Shown one piece after another: positions 17,541 through 26,092 of a stretch of DNA of 64,000 nucleotides. Positions within the stretch are counted from its first letter, which is position 1. Each line of letters opens with the position of its first letter. The notes beneath the pieces were generated by a model, which did not search any database, had not been told where the DNA came from, and was given only the letters and a program-made list of their open reading frames with translations. The DNA comes from Thermoplasmata archaeon (GTDB taxonomy: Archaea; Thermoplasmatota; Thermoplasmata; Lutacidiplasmatales; UBA184). The translations under genes and the position numbers were made by a program. The DNA lies in the NCBI GenBank assembly GCA_021819135.1, contig JAKASE010000008.1, forward strand, positions 3,243 through 67,242, read 5' to 3'.

Positions 17541-18695
17541 CTAGGCCTTTCCGGCGCGCCCGCGGCCGAGCCGTTCCTCGAGCAGGGTGGTCAGGTAGCT
17601 CGCCGGCAGCTCGTCCATGGCGACCTGGCTCGACTCCCCCGAGCCGGCCCCGCTCGTTTCGAGGACCACGAGGCCGTCCCGCTCGAGCTCCTTCAGGGTC
17701 CTCCAGAACGTCGTGCGGCTCATCGGCGGCGCGCGCAGTTCCTCGAGGAGGGCCGTGTGGCCCGCGCGAAGCTTCTGGCTCGGCACCGTGGCGCCCCGCC
17801 GGGTCAGGGTCCGCGAGAGGGCGAGGAGGACCCCCAGCTGGTTCGTCGAGAGGGCCTCGAGCTGCGTCTCGGAGACCGTCGGCAATAGGGAGCCCTTCGC
17901 CCGCCGCACGTGCTCGGAGCCGATCGCCTCGGCCCCCGCCTCCTCGGCGGCATGGGCCGCCCCGCCGAGCAGCTCGAGGGCGAACCGGGCGTCCCCGTTC
18001 GGCGCCGCGATGCGGGCGATCTGCTCGAGCACGTCGCGATCGAAGCTCCCGGGCCTCAACGCGGCCTCCGCGCGCGAGGCGAGGATGTCGGTGATCGCGT
18101 CGCGATCGTACGGCGCGAGCGAAAGCCGGTGCGTCACCCCGAAGCTCGACCGGCTCGCCGGGTCGAGATAGGGGAAGAGGTCCTCGACCGCGATCAGGAT
18201 GAGCGAGATCGATCCGAGGTGGACCTCGTGCGAACGCGTGAGGAGGTAGACGAGCTTCGTCTCCTGCCGGACGAGCGCCGACGCCTCATCGAGGAGCACG
18301 ACCAGGTGCTGCGGGTTCCGCCGGAGGCCCTGCTCGAAGACGTCGAGCATCTCGGACAGGCTGTATCCCCGGTCGGGGAGGGAGACCTGCACGCTCCGCA
18401 GGAGGTCGAGCATCACCGTCCGGTCGCTCGCCCGCCGCCAGCAGTTGATGTAGGTCACCCGGAGGGGGAACCCCCCGACCCGGCCGATGCGCTCGAGGTC
18501 CGCCCCGAGACGTCGGGCGAGCGCGGTCTTCCCGCTCCCGACCCCGCCGGTGAGCAGGAGGTGGAACGGGAGTCCCTTCGTCAGGGCGTCGCGGTACCGC
18601 CGGTAGGTCACGTCGAGCTCGTGCTCGCGGCGGACGAGCTTCGCCGGAAGGAACGACGGATCGAGCGTCTCCTCCCGTACCAGGATCCTTGCCAT
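17541..18695 (-). CDS. cdc6: Orc1/Cdc6 replication initiation protein
   Basis: N-terminal LDPSFLPAKLVRREHEL, Walker A (GGVGSGKTALARRL), Walker B (VVLLDEA) and a C-terminal winged helix (TFWRTLKELERDGLVVLE). Confidence 0.95.
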   Translation of the reverse strand: MARILVREETLDPSFLPAKLVRREHELDVTYRRYRDALTKGLPFHLLLTGGVGSGKTALARRLGADLERIGRVGGFPLRVTYINCWRRASDRTVMLDLLRSVQVSLPDRGYSLSEMLDVFEQGLRRNPQHLVVLLDEASALVRQETKLVYLLTRSHEVHLGSISLILIAVEDLFPYLDPASRSSFGVTHRLSLAPYDRDAITDILASRAEAALRPGSFDRDVLEQIARIAAPNGDARFALELLGGAAHAAEEAGAEAIGSEHVRRAKGSLLPTVSETQLEALSTNQLGVLLALSRTLTRRGATVPSQKLRAGHTALLEELRAPPMSRTTFWRTLKELERDGLVVLETSGAGSGESSQVAMDELPASYLTTLLEERLGRGRAGKA

Positions 18696-18734
18696 GGGTA
18701 CCTCCCGCGCGCTGCGGCACCGAGGCGACAGATA

Positions 18735-19358
18735 TCAAGCTCGCTGGCGTCGCGGAAGGGCCCGCGGGGGCCCGGACCTCCGTCCGAGGCTCTGCACGGC
18801 CTCGGCGACGAGCGCGCGCGTCGGGGCCCGACCGTCCAGCACCGTCCAACGCCCTTCCCGGGCGAGGGCGCGGTACTTCCGGGCGACCCGCTCCTGGATC
18901 CGCCGTCGCTCGAGGGGGCCGCGGGAGGTGCCCCGTCTCCCGAGGCGACGGGTCGCTTCGGCCGGCGGGATTTCGAGGAGGATCACGTGGTCCGGCTCGA
19001 CCGAGGCCGAGCGCTCCAGCTCCGAGAGCCGCCGTTCCTCGCGGGGGGGAAGCGCGCTCCCCTGGTAGGCGAGGGTCGAGTAGAACGACCGGTCCGAGAG
19101 CACCAGGTCGAAGCGGCGGAGGGCCCGCTCGAGCCGCGGGCGGGCGAGGTACCGGTCGACCGTGAAGTAGACCGCACCGGTCCACGGGTCACCCCGGCTC
19201 ACCGACTGCGCGAGCGCTCCCAGCCGCGGATCGGACGGCTCCCGCCGCACCGCGACGGAGAAGCCCCTCCGACGCATCGCGGCAGCGAGGGCCCGGACGA
19301 GCGTCGACTTGCCGGCTCCGTCGATCCCCTCGACGGCCACAAGACGTCCCCGGCTCAC
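18735..19358 (-). CDS. tmk: Thymidylate kinase
   Basis: P-loop VAVEGIDGAGKST, followed by REPSD and DRYL..S..AYQG. The GTG at 19356-19358 overlaps the upstream stop (GTGA). The track start at 19430 lies inside the TatD gene. Confidence 0.85.
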   Translation of the reverse strand: MSRGRLVAVEGIDGAGKSTLVRALAAAMRRRGFSVAVRREPSDPRLGALAQSVSRGDPWTGAVYFTVDRYLARPRLERALRRFDLVLSDRSFYSTLAYQGSALPPREERRLSELERSASVEPDHVILLEIPPAEATRRLGRRGTSRGPLERRRIQERVARKYRALAREGRWTVLDGRAPTRALVAEAVQSLGRRSGPPRALPRRQRA

Positions 19359-20227
19359 CGCGACCCCTCCTCCGACACTTCGGGCCGGAAACCGTAGACC
19401 GCTTCGACGGACTCCACGAACGGGACCCAAAGGCGGTCGGCGTTCGCCGGGTCCTGCTCCGCGATCTGGCGGGCCCGGCGCGGGACCGTCGCGATGTCCA
19501 AGACCGCTCCCGGTCGCTTGGGGTCGTCGAGGAAGTCGGTCTCGAGGAACCAGGGACCGGCGTCCGGGAGGACCGCTCGCACGAGCTCGCGACGGGCCAG
19601 ATACGACGGGGTCACGGATCCCCTCTCCCCCGGCGGGAACCGCGTCCGCGCATAGTGTTTGACCAGCCGACCGGTCGTGAGCCCTGCACCCTCAGCGAGC
19701 GAGGAAAGCTCCCGAAGCCCGGCGGCGTCCAGGTCCGCGGAGTGCACGACGACCGGGCAATCGGATTCCCGGGCGACAGCGATCGCGTACCGGAAGGCGG
19801 TCTCGAGCGCCTCGGCGATCTCGGGGGCGACCGGGAAGTGGGCCCGTCCGACCTCCCCCAGGGCGACCGCACGGTGCTCGCGCACCCAGCGCCCCGCCAG
19901 GTCGAGGGCACGGAGATGGAGGTCGAGCGCGGAAGGGACGCCCACCTCACCGGCGAGGGTGACCAGGTCCACGGGGTACGGAGCGACCACCGCATGGGCC
20001 GTTACGCCCGCCCCGGCGCGGACCTCCCGGACCAGGGTCTCGGTCGTCTCGAACTGCGTACGGTAGTCGTCCAGGTTCCTCGGCACATGGACGAGATAGT
20101 TCTGGGTCGCCACGAACAGCTGGGCCCCTCCGGCCGCGCGGAAGCGCCGCGCCGCCGCGACCCCCTCTCCGGACGGGGAGAGGTGACAGTGGTGGTCGAC
20201 GACGGGGAGACCGCGCGGTAGCGGCAC
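19355..20227 (-). CDS. TatD-family metal-dependent hydrolase
   Basis: N-terminal VVDHHCHL metal-binding motif, later GEVG..H and VVHS motifs, and a length of about 290 aa. Confidence 0.75.
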   Translation of the reverse strand: MPLPRGLPVVDHHCHLSPSGEGVAAARRFRAAGGAQLFVATQNYLVHVPRNLDDYRTQFETTETLVREVRAGAGVTAHAVVAPYPVDLVTLAGEVGVPSALDLHLRALDLAGRWVREHRAVALGEVGRAHFPVAPEIAEALETAFRYAIAVARESDCPVVVHSADLDAAGLRELSSLAEGAGLTTGRLVKHYARTRFPPGERGSVTPSYLARRELVRAVLPDAGPWFLETDFLDDPKRPGAVLDIATVPRRARQIAEQDPANADRLWVPFVESVEAVYGFRPEVSEEGSR

Positions 20228-20247
20228 GCCCGGGGACCGCGCGGCGG

Positions 20248-20796
20248 CTACCGAAGGAGGCCCGCGCCCTGGAGCTCCTTCGTGATCTTCTTGACCGCGA
20301 CCTCGACGTCCGACGGCTTGCGGGCGCCGGTGCAGACGAGCTTGCCGCTCCCGAAAAGGAGGACGACGACCCGCGGCTCGTCGATCCGGCAGACGAGGCC
20401 CGGGAACTGTTCCGGCTCGTACTCCACCCGGTCGAGACCCAGCGTCACGGCGATCGCGTTGAGGTTGATCTCGCTCTCGAGGTCCGAGCTCGCGACGATG
20501 TTCTGCACCTCGATCTTGGGGTGCATGTTAATCTTCTGCCCGCCCTTCTTGATCTGGGCGGCCACGGTGCGGATCGACTCCTCCACCTCGTGCATGCTCT
20601 TCGCGCCGGTGCAGACGACCTTCCCCGACCGGAAGAGCAGGATCGCGGTCTTGGGCTGCTTCAGCCGGTAGATAAGGCCCGGGAACTGCTCGGGCTCGTA
20701 CTCCGCCCCGTCCAATCCGAGAGCGATCGACTGCAGGTCGAGCTCGTCCCCGAGCGACGTCGAAGCCACGACGTTCTCGATGCGGATCTTGACCAA
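20248..20796 (-). CDS. tbp: TATA-box binding protein
   Basis: Two TBP repeats are present (IENVVASTSLGDELDL...LLFRSGKVVCTGAKS and VQNIVASSDLESEINL...LLFGSGKLVCTGARK). TTG start at 20794-20796. Confidence 0.97.
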   Translation of the reverse strand: MVKIRIENVVASTSLGDELDLQSIALGLDGAEYEPEQFPGLIYRLKQPKTAILLFRSGKVVCTGAKSMHEVEESIRTVAAQIKKGGQKINMHPKIEVQNIVASSDLESEINLNAIAVTLGLDRVEYEPEQFPGLVCRIDEPRVVVLLFGSGKLVCTGARKPSDVEVAVKKITKELQGAGLLR

Positions 20797-20816
20797 GGAT
20801 ATCCCTCGGCGCGGGA

Positions 20817-20837
20817 CTATTTAAGGAGGTATTTAAA
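20817..20837 (-). promoter_or_regulatory. Duplicated TATA box upstream of tbp
   Basis: The minus strand reads TTTAAATA-CCTCC-TTAAATAG. The proximal copy ends about 20 nt before the TTG start (leaderless-like geometry). This is the only AT-rich patch in the 83-bp gap. Confidence 0.5.
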
Positions 20838-20879
20838 TCATCCTTTGGCCCGATTCCTCGAGCCTTCCGGCGGCGACGA

Positions 20880-21527
20880 CTACCCGAGCGACCGGTCGGC
20901 CGGTGGGGCGAACGCCGGCCCCAGCAGCTCGTCTTCCGTGGGGAACCCGAAGAACTCCCGCAGGATGCGTCGCGTGAACCCCCAAAGGACCTCTCCATCG
21001 ACGACCGTGGCGGGAACCTGGAACGGACCCCGAGCGGAGTCCCGGGTCACGAGATGGGTGTCGGCCAGGGCCGACCGGGGGAGCCAGAAGACGTGCGCGA
21101 CCTCCTCCGGGCTCCGGGGGGCCGGGACATGCGCCACCGGCCCCAGCGCGGCCGCGAAGACGCCGACCGTCATGTGGAACGCCCGGGCGGGAGTTGCGCC
21201 GACGAACCGGAGCGGGCCATCGAGGTCCGAACGGCTCAGACCGACCTCTTCCTCGAGCTCGCGCAGCGCCGTGGTCTCCAGGGAGCCGTCGCCTTCCCCC
21301 ACGTGCCCGCCCGGGAAGGCGACATGTCCGGAGGCCGGATCCTCCGGGTTCTGAGCCCGGACGATGAGGAGGGCCTCGGTCTCGTGCAATCCCTCGCGGA
21401 GGACCATCACGACCGCCGCGCCCGCGGTGTGGACGGGCGGGGCCAGCACCGGGAATCGCCCGAGGAGGTCCCCCAGGGAGTCGGGAGCGGAACCGTACGG
21501 CGACCCAGGGACGGGAGCCACGGTCAC
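20880..21527 (-). CDS. NUDIX hydrolase (CoA pyrophosphatase-like)
   Basis: Nudix box GGHVGEGDGSLETTALRELEEEVGL. GTG start at 21525-21527. Confidence 0.85.
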   Translation of the reverse strand: MTVAPVPGSPYGSAPDSLGDLLGRFPVLAPPVHTAGAAVVMVLREGLHETEALLIVRAQNPEDPASGHVAFPGGHVGEGDGSLETTALRELEEEVGLSRSDLDGPLRFVGATPARAFHMTVGVFAAALGPVAHVPAPRSPEEVAHVFWLPRSALADTHLVTRDSARGPFQVPATVVDGEVLWGFTRRILREFFGFPTEDELLGPAFAPPADRSLG

Positions 21528-21697
21528 GCCTGCCAGTCGTAGACGACCTTCTTGCGGACCGTGGTGTTGTCCGCGGGGTGCTCCGCGCCGGCCCCCATCA
21601 GCCGCTCGAGCGCCGCGAGCCGAAGTCGAACATCCTTGAGCTCGCGCTCCAGCTCGGCAACCCGATTCTCGAGGTCGGCCGTCGAGCCGGTCGCCAT
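21524..21697 (-). CDS. 57-aa coiled-coil mini-protein (below the ORF-track cutoff)
   Basis: My own translation is MATGSTADLENRVAELERELKDVRLRLAALERLMGAGAEHPADNTTVRKKVVYDWQA. Its TGA overlaps the NUDIX GTG (GTGA). Third positions are GC-rich. Confidence 0.45.
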   Translation of the reverse strand: MATGSTADLENRVAELERELKDVRLRLAALERLMGAGAEHPADNTTVRKKVVYDWQA

Positions 21698-21748
21698 CGG
21701 GGGGGAATGGGCGAGTACAGAGATAAACCCGAGGGGACCCTGGGTCGT

Positions 21749-22564
21749 TCAGGGGTCGGGGATCGGGGACGGGGTCTCCGACTCCCGCAGGAACGCGGAG
21801 ATCGCCTCGACGGTCTCCTGGGGTCGCTCGACCGGGACGAGGTGGCCCGTCTGGGCGAGGATGCGGATCTTACTGCCGGGGATCGACTGGCGTAGGATGC
21901 GGCCATGCGAGGCGTCCACCACCGCGTCGTCCATCGCCTGGACGATCAGGGTCGGCACACGGAGCTCCGCGACGCGGGAGCGCTCGTCGAACACGCGCAT
22001 GGCCCGGGCCCAGCGGTCGGCCGGAGTATAGTCCCGGCCCCCGACCTCCGCGCGAAGCGCGTCGGCGAAGTCGAGATGGTCCTCGATCCAGTCGGGGTAG
22101 TACATGTCTTTCAGCAGACGGAGCGCGAAGGCGTCCGGTCCTTCCTTCGCATAGACCTCCGACCAGCGATCGGCGACCGCCCGGGTGTGGTTGTCGGTGT
22201 ACGCCGCTCCGCTCACCATCACGAGGCTGCGTGCCCGCTCCGGCTGGTCGAGCGCGATGCGGAGCGCGAGCATCGCTCCCCCGCTCAGTCCGACCAGATG
22301 CGCGCGGTCGATCCCTTTCCGGTCGAGCAGGTGCGTGACATCTCCTTCGAGCTCGAGGAACGTGAAGTGCGAGCCCGCGGGGTGCTCCGCGCGTCCGTGC
22401 CCTCGCAGGTCCGGCGCCAGCACGCGGTGGGTCTTCGCGAGGCCGGGGACGACCGCGTTCCAGACCGTGCGGTTGCCGCCGACCCCATGAAGGAGGACGA
22501 CCGGCGTGCCCGTCCCCTCGTCGCGGCACGGGAGATCGATCGGCGGGGAGGCCTCTTCCGGCAC
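21749..22564 (-). CDS. Alpha/beta-fold hydrolase
   Basis: HGVGGN oxyanion region, nucleophile elbow GLSGG, and a C-terminal GH. The length is 271 aa. Confidence 0.85.
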   Translation of the reverse strand: MPEEASPPIDLPCRDEGTGTPVVLLHGVGGNRTVWNAVVPGLAKTHRVLAPDLRGHGRAEHPAGSHFTFLELEGDVTHLLDRKGIDRAHLVGLSGGAMLALRIALDQPERARSLVMVSGAAYTDNHTRAVADRWSEVYAKEGPDAFALRLLKDMYYPDWIEDHLDFADALRAEVGGRDYTPADRWARAMRVFDERSRVAELRVPTLIVQAMDDAVVDASHGRILRQSIPGSKIRILAQTGHLVPVERPQETVEAISAFLRESETPSPIPDP

Positions 22565-22650
22565 GGTCCGCGCGACCCACGAGGGCTATTTACCGCCGCT
22601 CCGGGGGACCTCGATTGGCTTTTGAGGGAGCCCGGAGCTACCGAGGTCCG

Positions 22651-23280
22651 ATGGCGCGCGGCGTGATGCTGATGAGCGGGGGGATCGACTCCCCCGTCGC
22701 GCTGCACTACCTCCTCCGACGGGGCCACGAGATGATCGCCGTCCACATGGACAATCGTCCGTTCACGGACGATACCCCGATCGAGAAGGTGGCCGATCAC
22801 CTGACCGTCCTCCGCGAGCGGTACGGACAGCCGATCCCGCTCTACATGGTGCCGCACGGATCGACCCAGATCACGCTCATGCGGAACACCGACCGGCACG
22901 TCGGCTGCATCCTCTGCCGACGCTTCATGTGGCGGTCGGCCGAGCGGATCGCGGAGCGCGAGAACGCGTCGTTCCTCGCGACGGGCGAAGCGCTCGGCCA
23001 GGTCGCGTCGCAGACCCTGTCGAACATGCGCAGCGCGACCGCCTCGGTCCGGCTGCCGATCGTCCGCCCCCTGATCGGTCTCGACAAGGTCGAGATCGAG
23101 CGGGTCGCGAAGGAGATCGGGACCTACGGGATCTCCACCCGGCCCGGGATATGCTGCCAGGCGGTCCCTCCGAAGCCGGCGACGCGCTCGAATCTCGTAC
23201 AGATCCTACGGGAAGAGCAGAAGGTCGACCCGGAGTCGATCCTGGACGACTGTGTTCGCAACACCGTCCTCGTGAAGTGA
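22651..23280 (+). CDS. ThiI-like PP-loop ATP pyrophosphatase domain protein (no THUMP or rhodanese domains)
   Basis: SGGIDSPVA PP-loop, GEALGQVASQTL, RPLIGLDK.EI, and Cys motifs CILC and ICC. It is only about 209 aa from the ATG at 22651. Confidence 0.75.
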   Translation: MARGVMLMSGGIDSPVALHYLLRRGHEMIAVHMDNRPFTDDTPIEKVADHLTVLRERYGQPIPLYMVPHGSTQITLMRNTDRHVGCILCRRFMWRSAERIAERENASFLATGEALGQVASQTLSNMRSATASVRLPIVRPLIGLDKVEIERVAKEIGTYGISTRPGICCQAVPPKPATRSNLVQILREEQKVDPESILDDCVRNTVLVK

Positions 23281-23391
23281 GCGGACGAAGACCTCACGAG
23301 GTCGGCCGATCCGGATCGGGGTACTCCTTCGCCGAGCGGTCCTCCGCTGGGACGCTCGGTTTGATATACCTCGGCCCCCCGTCTGGCCACC

Positions 23392-23949
23392 ATGGCCGCC
23401 CCCGGCTACGGACCCCAGTACCCCAGCACCGCGTACATCCTCAGCCTCATCGGCGGGATCTTGATCCTCATCGACGCCCTGGTCTACGCGGCCGTCGCGG
23501 CCGTCGGGGCCTCGTTCCTCGCGTTCTTCCCGGGTGCCGCGGCGATCCTGATCGCGTTCGGCGTGATCGCCATCCTGCTCGCGCTCATCGTGATCTACGG
23601 CGCGATCCAGATGAAGAACCGACCCGCGTCCGCCAAGACCTGGGGATTGCTGGTCCTTGTCTTTTCCCTCGTCAGCTTCATCGGGGGTGGCGGGTTCGTG
23701 ATCGGCGCGATCCTCGGTCTTGTCGGAGGGATCCTGGCCCTCGTCTGGAACCCCCCCGCTCCGGCGCCCGGCTACGGCCAGCCGATGATGGGCCAGCCGA
23801 TGCAGGCGCCCTCGTGGGGCCAGCCTCCGCCCGGTGCCGCCCCACCCATGGCGGCCGCAGGAGGGCAGAAGTTCTGCTCGTCGTGCGGCTCACCGAACGC
23901 CCAGGGTGCCCAGTACTGCGCGAAGTGCGGAGCCCCGCTGAGCCCGTAA
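23392..23949 (+). CDS. Membrane protein with a C-terminal zinc ribbon
   Basis: Four hydrophobic helices, a Pro/Gly/Gln-rich linker, and then FCSSCGSPNAQGAQYCAKCGAPL. Confidence 0.7.
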   Translation: MAAPGYGPQYPSTAYILSLIGGILILIDALVYAAVAAVGASFLAFFPGAAAILIAFGVIAILLALIVIYGAIQMKNRPASAKTWGLLVLVFSLVSFIGGGGFVIGAILGLVGGILALVWNPPAPAPGYGQPMMGQPMQAPSWGQPPPGAAPPMAAAGGQKFCSSCGSPNAQGAQYCAKCGAPLSP

Positions 23950-24123
23950 CGACCGACGCGAGCCGGCCCGTCCGTTCCTCGTCCCGGCGCGGCCGGCGCT
24001 TCGACCCTCAGTCGGCAGCTTCTGGACCCGGTCCTCCGGCACGCTACCGTGTCGGTCGGTCCGCGGCCGGTTCCGTGAGCGCGCAAGTAGTCGCGGGAGA
24101 TACCGGATCTGCGGAGAGCGTCG

Positions 24124-24471
24124 ATGTACCGTAGGCTCGAGCTGTGCTCGAACCGGGGAGGGTTCGAGGCCGTCCCGGAGCCGGCGCGTCCGATCGATCT
24201 CGTCGAAGCTCGTCGCCAGCTCGAGCGTGCGGGGATCGCGGTCGTGGACGCGCGGGTCATGCTGATCGCCGCATTGGAGGCGGAGGTGACGATCGCGCGC
24301 AGCGGGCGGCTCCTGTTCAAGACCCGCGACCCGAAGGTCGCGGAACGCGCGCTCGGGCGTCTCTCCGCGATCCTCGGGCTCCCGGCCCGATCCCCCGGTC
24401 CGGGCGCCGATACGGCGGGCGGACCGTCCGGCCGACCGCGAAAACGGGTCGGGCCGGGGGAGTCGATTTAA
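24124..24471 (+). CDS. Hypothetical protein, possibly a single TBP-like (helical-grip) domain
   Basis: ATG start and GC-rich third positions. The segment IDLVEARRQLERAG...RVMLIAALEAEVTIARSGRLLFKTRDPKVAERALGRLSAIL follows the strand-helix pattern of one TBP repeat. The C-terminal tail is disordered. Confidence 0.45.
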   Translation: MYRRLELCSNRGGFEAVPEPARPIDLVEARRQLERAGIAVVDARVMLIAALEAEVTIARSGRLLFKTRDPKVAERALGRLSAILGLPARSPGPGADTAGGPSGRPRKRVGPGESI

Positions 24472-24505
24472 GCGAGGCCCCGCGTTCCCAAGTTGGAGGG
24501 GTCCC

Positions 24506-25660
24506 GTGCGGGAAACGTGGGTGGTCGGCGCGGCATCGAACCGCTTCGGCAAGATGAAGGAAAGCGGTCGGGAGGCCGCCACGCGGGTGGCGATGGAGGC
24601 GATCCTCCAGTCCGGCCTTGCGCCGAAGGACATCGGCTACACGTTCGTCTCGAACGCCTTCGGCATCTCCGAGCACCAGGGACACATCGGCCCCCTGATC
24701 AACAACGGCCTCGGGATCCCGGGGGTGCCGTCGGCGACGATCGAGTCCGCCTGCTCGTCGTCGAGCGCCGCGCTCCATGAGGCGTTCGTCCACGTGGCGG
24801 GCGGGTTCCTCGATGCCGCGCTCGTGGTGGGCGTCGAGAAGCTCTCGCACCTCGATACCCTCGCCGCGACCAGCTACTTCGCGGTCGGGGCCGACTATCC
24901 CTTCGAGGCGAAGAACGGGGCGACGTTCCCCGGGCTCTACGCGACCCTCGCGAGCGCCTACCGGCACGCGTACTCGACGAAGGACGAGATGTTCGGCGCG
25001 ATTGCGCTGAAGAATCACGCGAACGCGGCGCGCAACCCGCACGCGCACTTCCAGAAGGAGATCTCGATGGAGACCTACCTCGGATCGCCGATGATCGCCT
25101 CGCCGCTCCGCCTGTATGACTGCTGTCCGTTCTCGGACGGGGCCGCCGCGGTCGTCGTCGCCGCGAAGGAGTTCATGACGCGGCCCGTGACCGAGCCGCT
25201 CGTGATCCGGGCCTCCGCGCGCGCCGGGTCGGTGACCGACATGCAGGACCGGCCCGACCTCCTCGGCCTGCCCTCCGCCCGTCTCGCCGCCGAAAAGGCG
25301 TTCCGCCAAGCGAAGATGTCGCCGAAGGAGATCGACTTCCTCGAGGTCCACGACTGCTTCACGATCGCCGAGGCGCTCGCGCTCGAGGACCTCGGGTTCT
25401 TCCCTCGGGGGACCGCCGCCCAGGAGAGCCTCGAGGGCGTGACGGCCCGCGACGCGAAGCTTCCCGTCAATCCCTCGGGCGGGCTCAAGGCGAAGGGCCA
25501 CCCGGTGAGCGCCACCGGCGCCTCGCAGGTCGTGGAGGTCTTCGAGCAGATGAACGGGCTTGCGAAGGGTCGCGAGGTCCCGAAGGCCGAGACGGCGCTC
25601 ACGCACAACGTCGGGGCGACCGGCGGCTCCTGCTCGGTCCACATCTTCTCGCGGCGGTGA
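24506..25660 (+). CDS. Thiolase-family protein (archaeal acetyl-CoA acetyltransferase/SCP-x type)
   Basis: N-terminal VVGAASNRFGK, active-site region ESACSSSSAAL, C-terminal NPSGGLKAKGHPVSATG and NVGATGGS. Confidence 0.9.
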   Translation: MRETWVVGAASNRFGKMKESGREAATRVAMEAILQSGLAPKDIGYTFVSNAFGISEHQGHIGPLINNGLGIPGVPSATIESACSSSSAALHEAFVHVAGGFLDAALVVGVEKLSHLDTLAATSYFAVGADYPFEAKNGATFPGLYATLASAYRHAYSTKDEMFGAIALKNHANAARNPHAHFQKEISMETYLGSPMIASPLRLYDCCPFSDGAAAVVVAAKEFMTRPVTEPLVIRASARAGSVTDMQDRPDLLGLPSARLAAEKAFRQAKMSPKEIDFLEVHDCFTIAEALALEDLGFFPRGTAAQESLEGVTARDAKLPVNPSGGLKAKGHPVSATGASQVVEVFEQMNGLAKGREVPKAETALTHNVGATGGSCSVHIFSRR

Positions 25661-25674
25661 GGGAGGCGCACGAC

Positions 25675-26085
25675 ATGTCGAGCCTACCTTCGGATGCGCC
25701 CCACTCGATCGCCGAGTACTTCCACGGCTACGAGGAGGACGGCAAGATCCGCGGCTTCCGCTGCCGTAGCTGCGGTCTCGCGACGGCCACCTGGGGTCTC
25801 GCCTGCTCGCGGTGCGGTGCGATCGGCCTCGAGGAGATCGACCTTCCGACGCGGGGGAAGGTCCTGGCGTACACGATCCTCCATGTGCCGGGCGACGAGT
25901 TCCTGAACGACGCCCCGTACGCCTACGTGGTGGTCGAGCTCGACGGCGGGGGTCGGGTCACCGGCTGGATGCCGACCGTGAAGCAGGAGTCCGACCTCGC
26001 GATCGGCGATGCCGTGCGTTTCGCCCCCAGCTACAAGCCCGGCGTCCAGTTCGTGAAGGACTCGGAGGGCGCCCGGTCGGGCTAG
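25675..26085 (+). CDS. DUF35 OB-fold/zinc-ribbon protein (thiolase partner)
   Basis: CRSCG..(x)..CSRCG zinc ribbon followed by an OB-fold segment (GKVLAYTILHV...YAYVVVELDGG.RVTG). The ATG at 25675 is preceded by GGGAGG. Confidence 0.85.
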   Translation: MSSLPSDAPHSIAEYFHGYEEDGKIRGFRCRSCGLATATWGLACSRCGAIGLEEIDLPTRGKVLAYTILHVPGDEFLNDAPYAYVVVELDGGGRVTGWMPTVKQESDLAIGDAVRFAPSYKPGVQFVKDSEGARSG

Positions 26086-26092
26086 CTGACGG

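Noticed and set aside
15610-17888. 599-aa (minus strand) and 668-aa (plus strand) ORFs across the second MFS gene.
   Set aside because: These are out-of-frame and antisense shadows. The 15873-17393 frame has the MFS motifs and the TM periodicity.
23772-24633. 182-aa and 247-aa minus-strand ORFs between the zinc-ribbon membrane protein gene and the thiolase gene.
   Set aside because: They are Arg/Ser/Pro-rich with no motifs, and they overlap the plus-strand 24124-24471 ORF and the start of the thiolase gene, which have better coding character.
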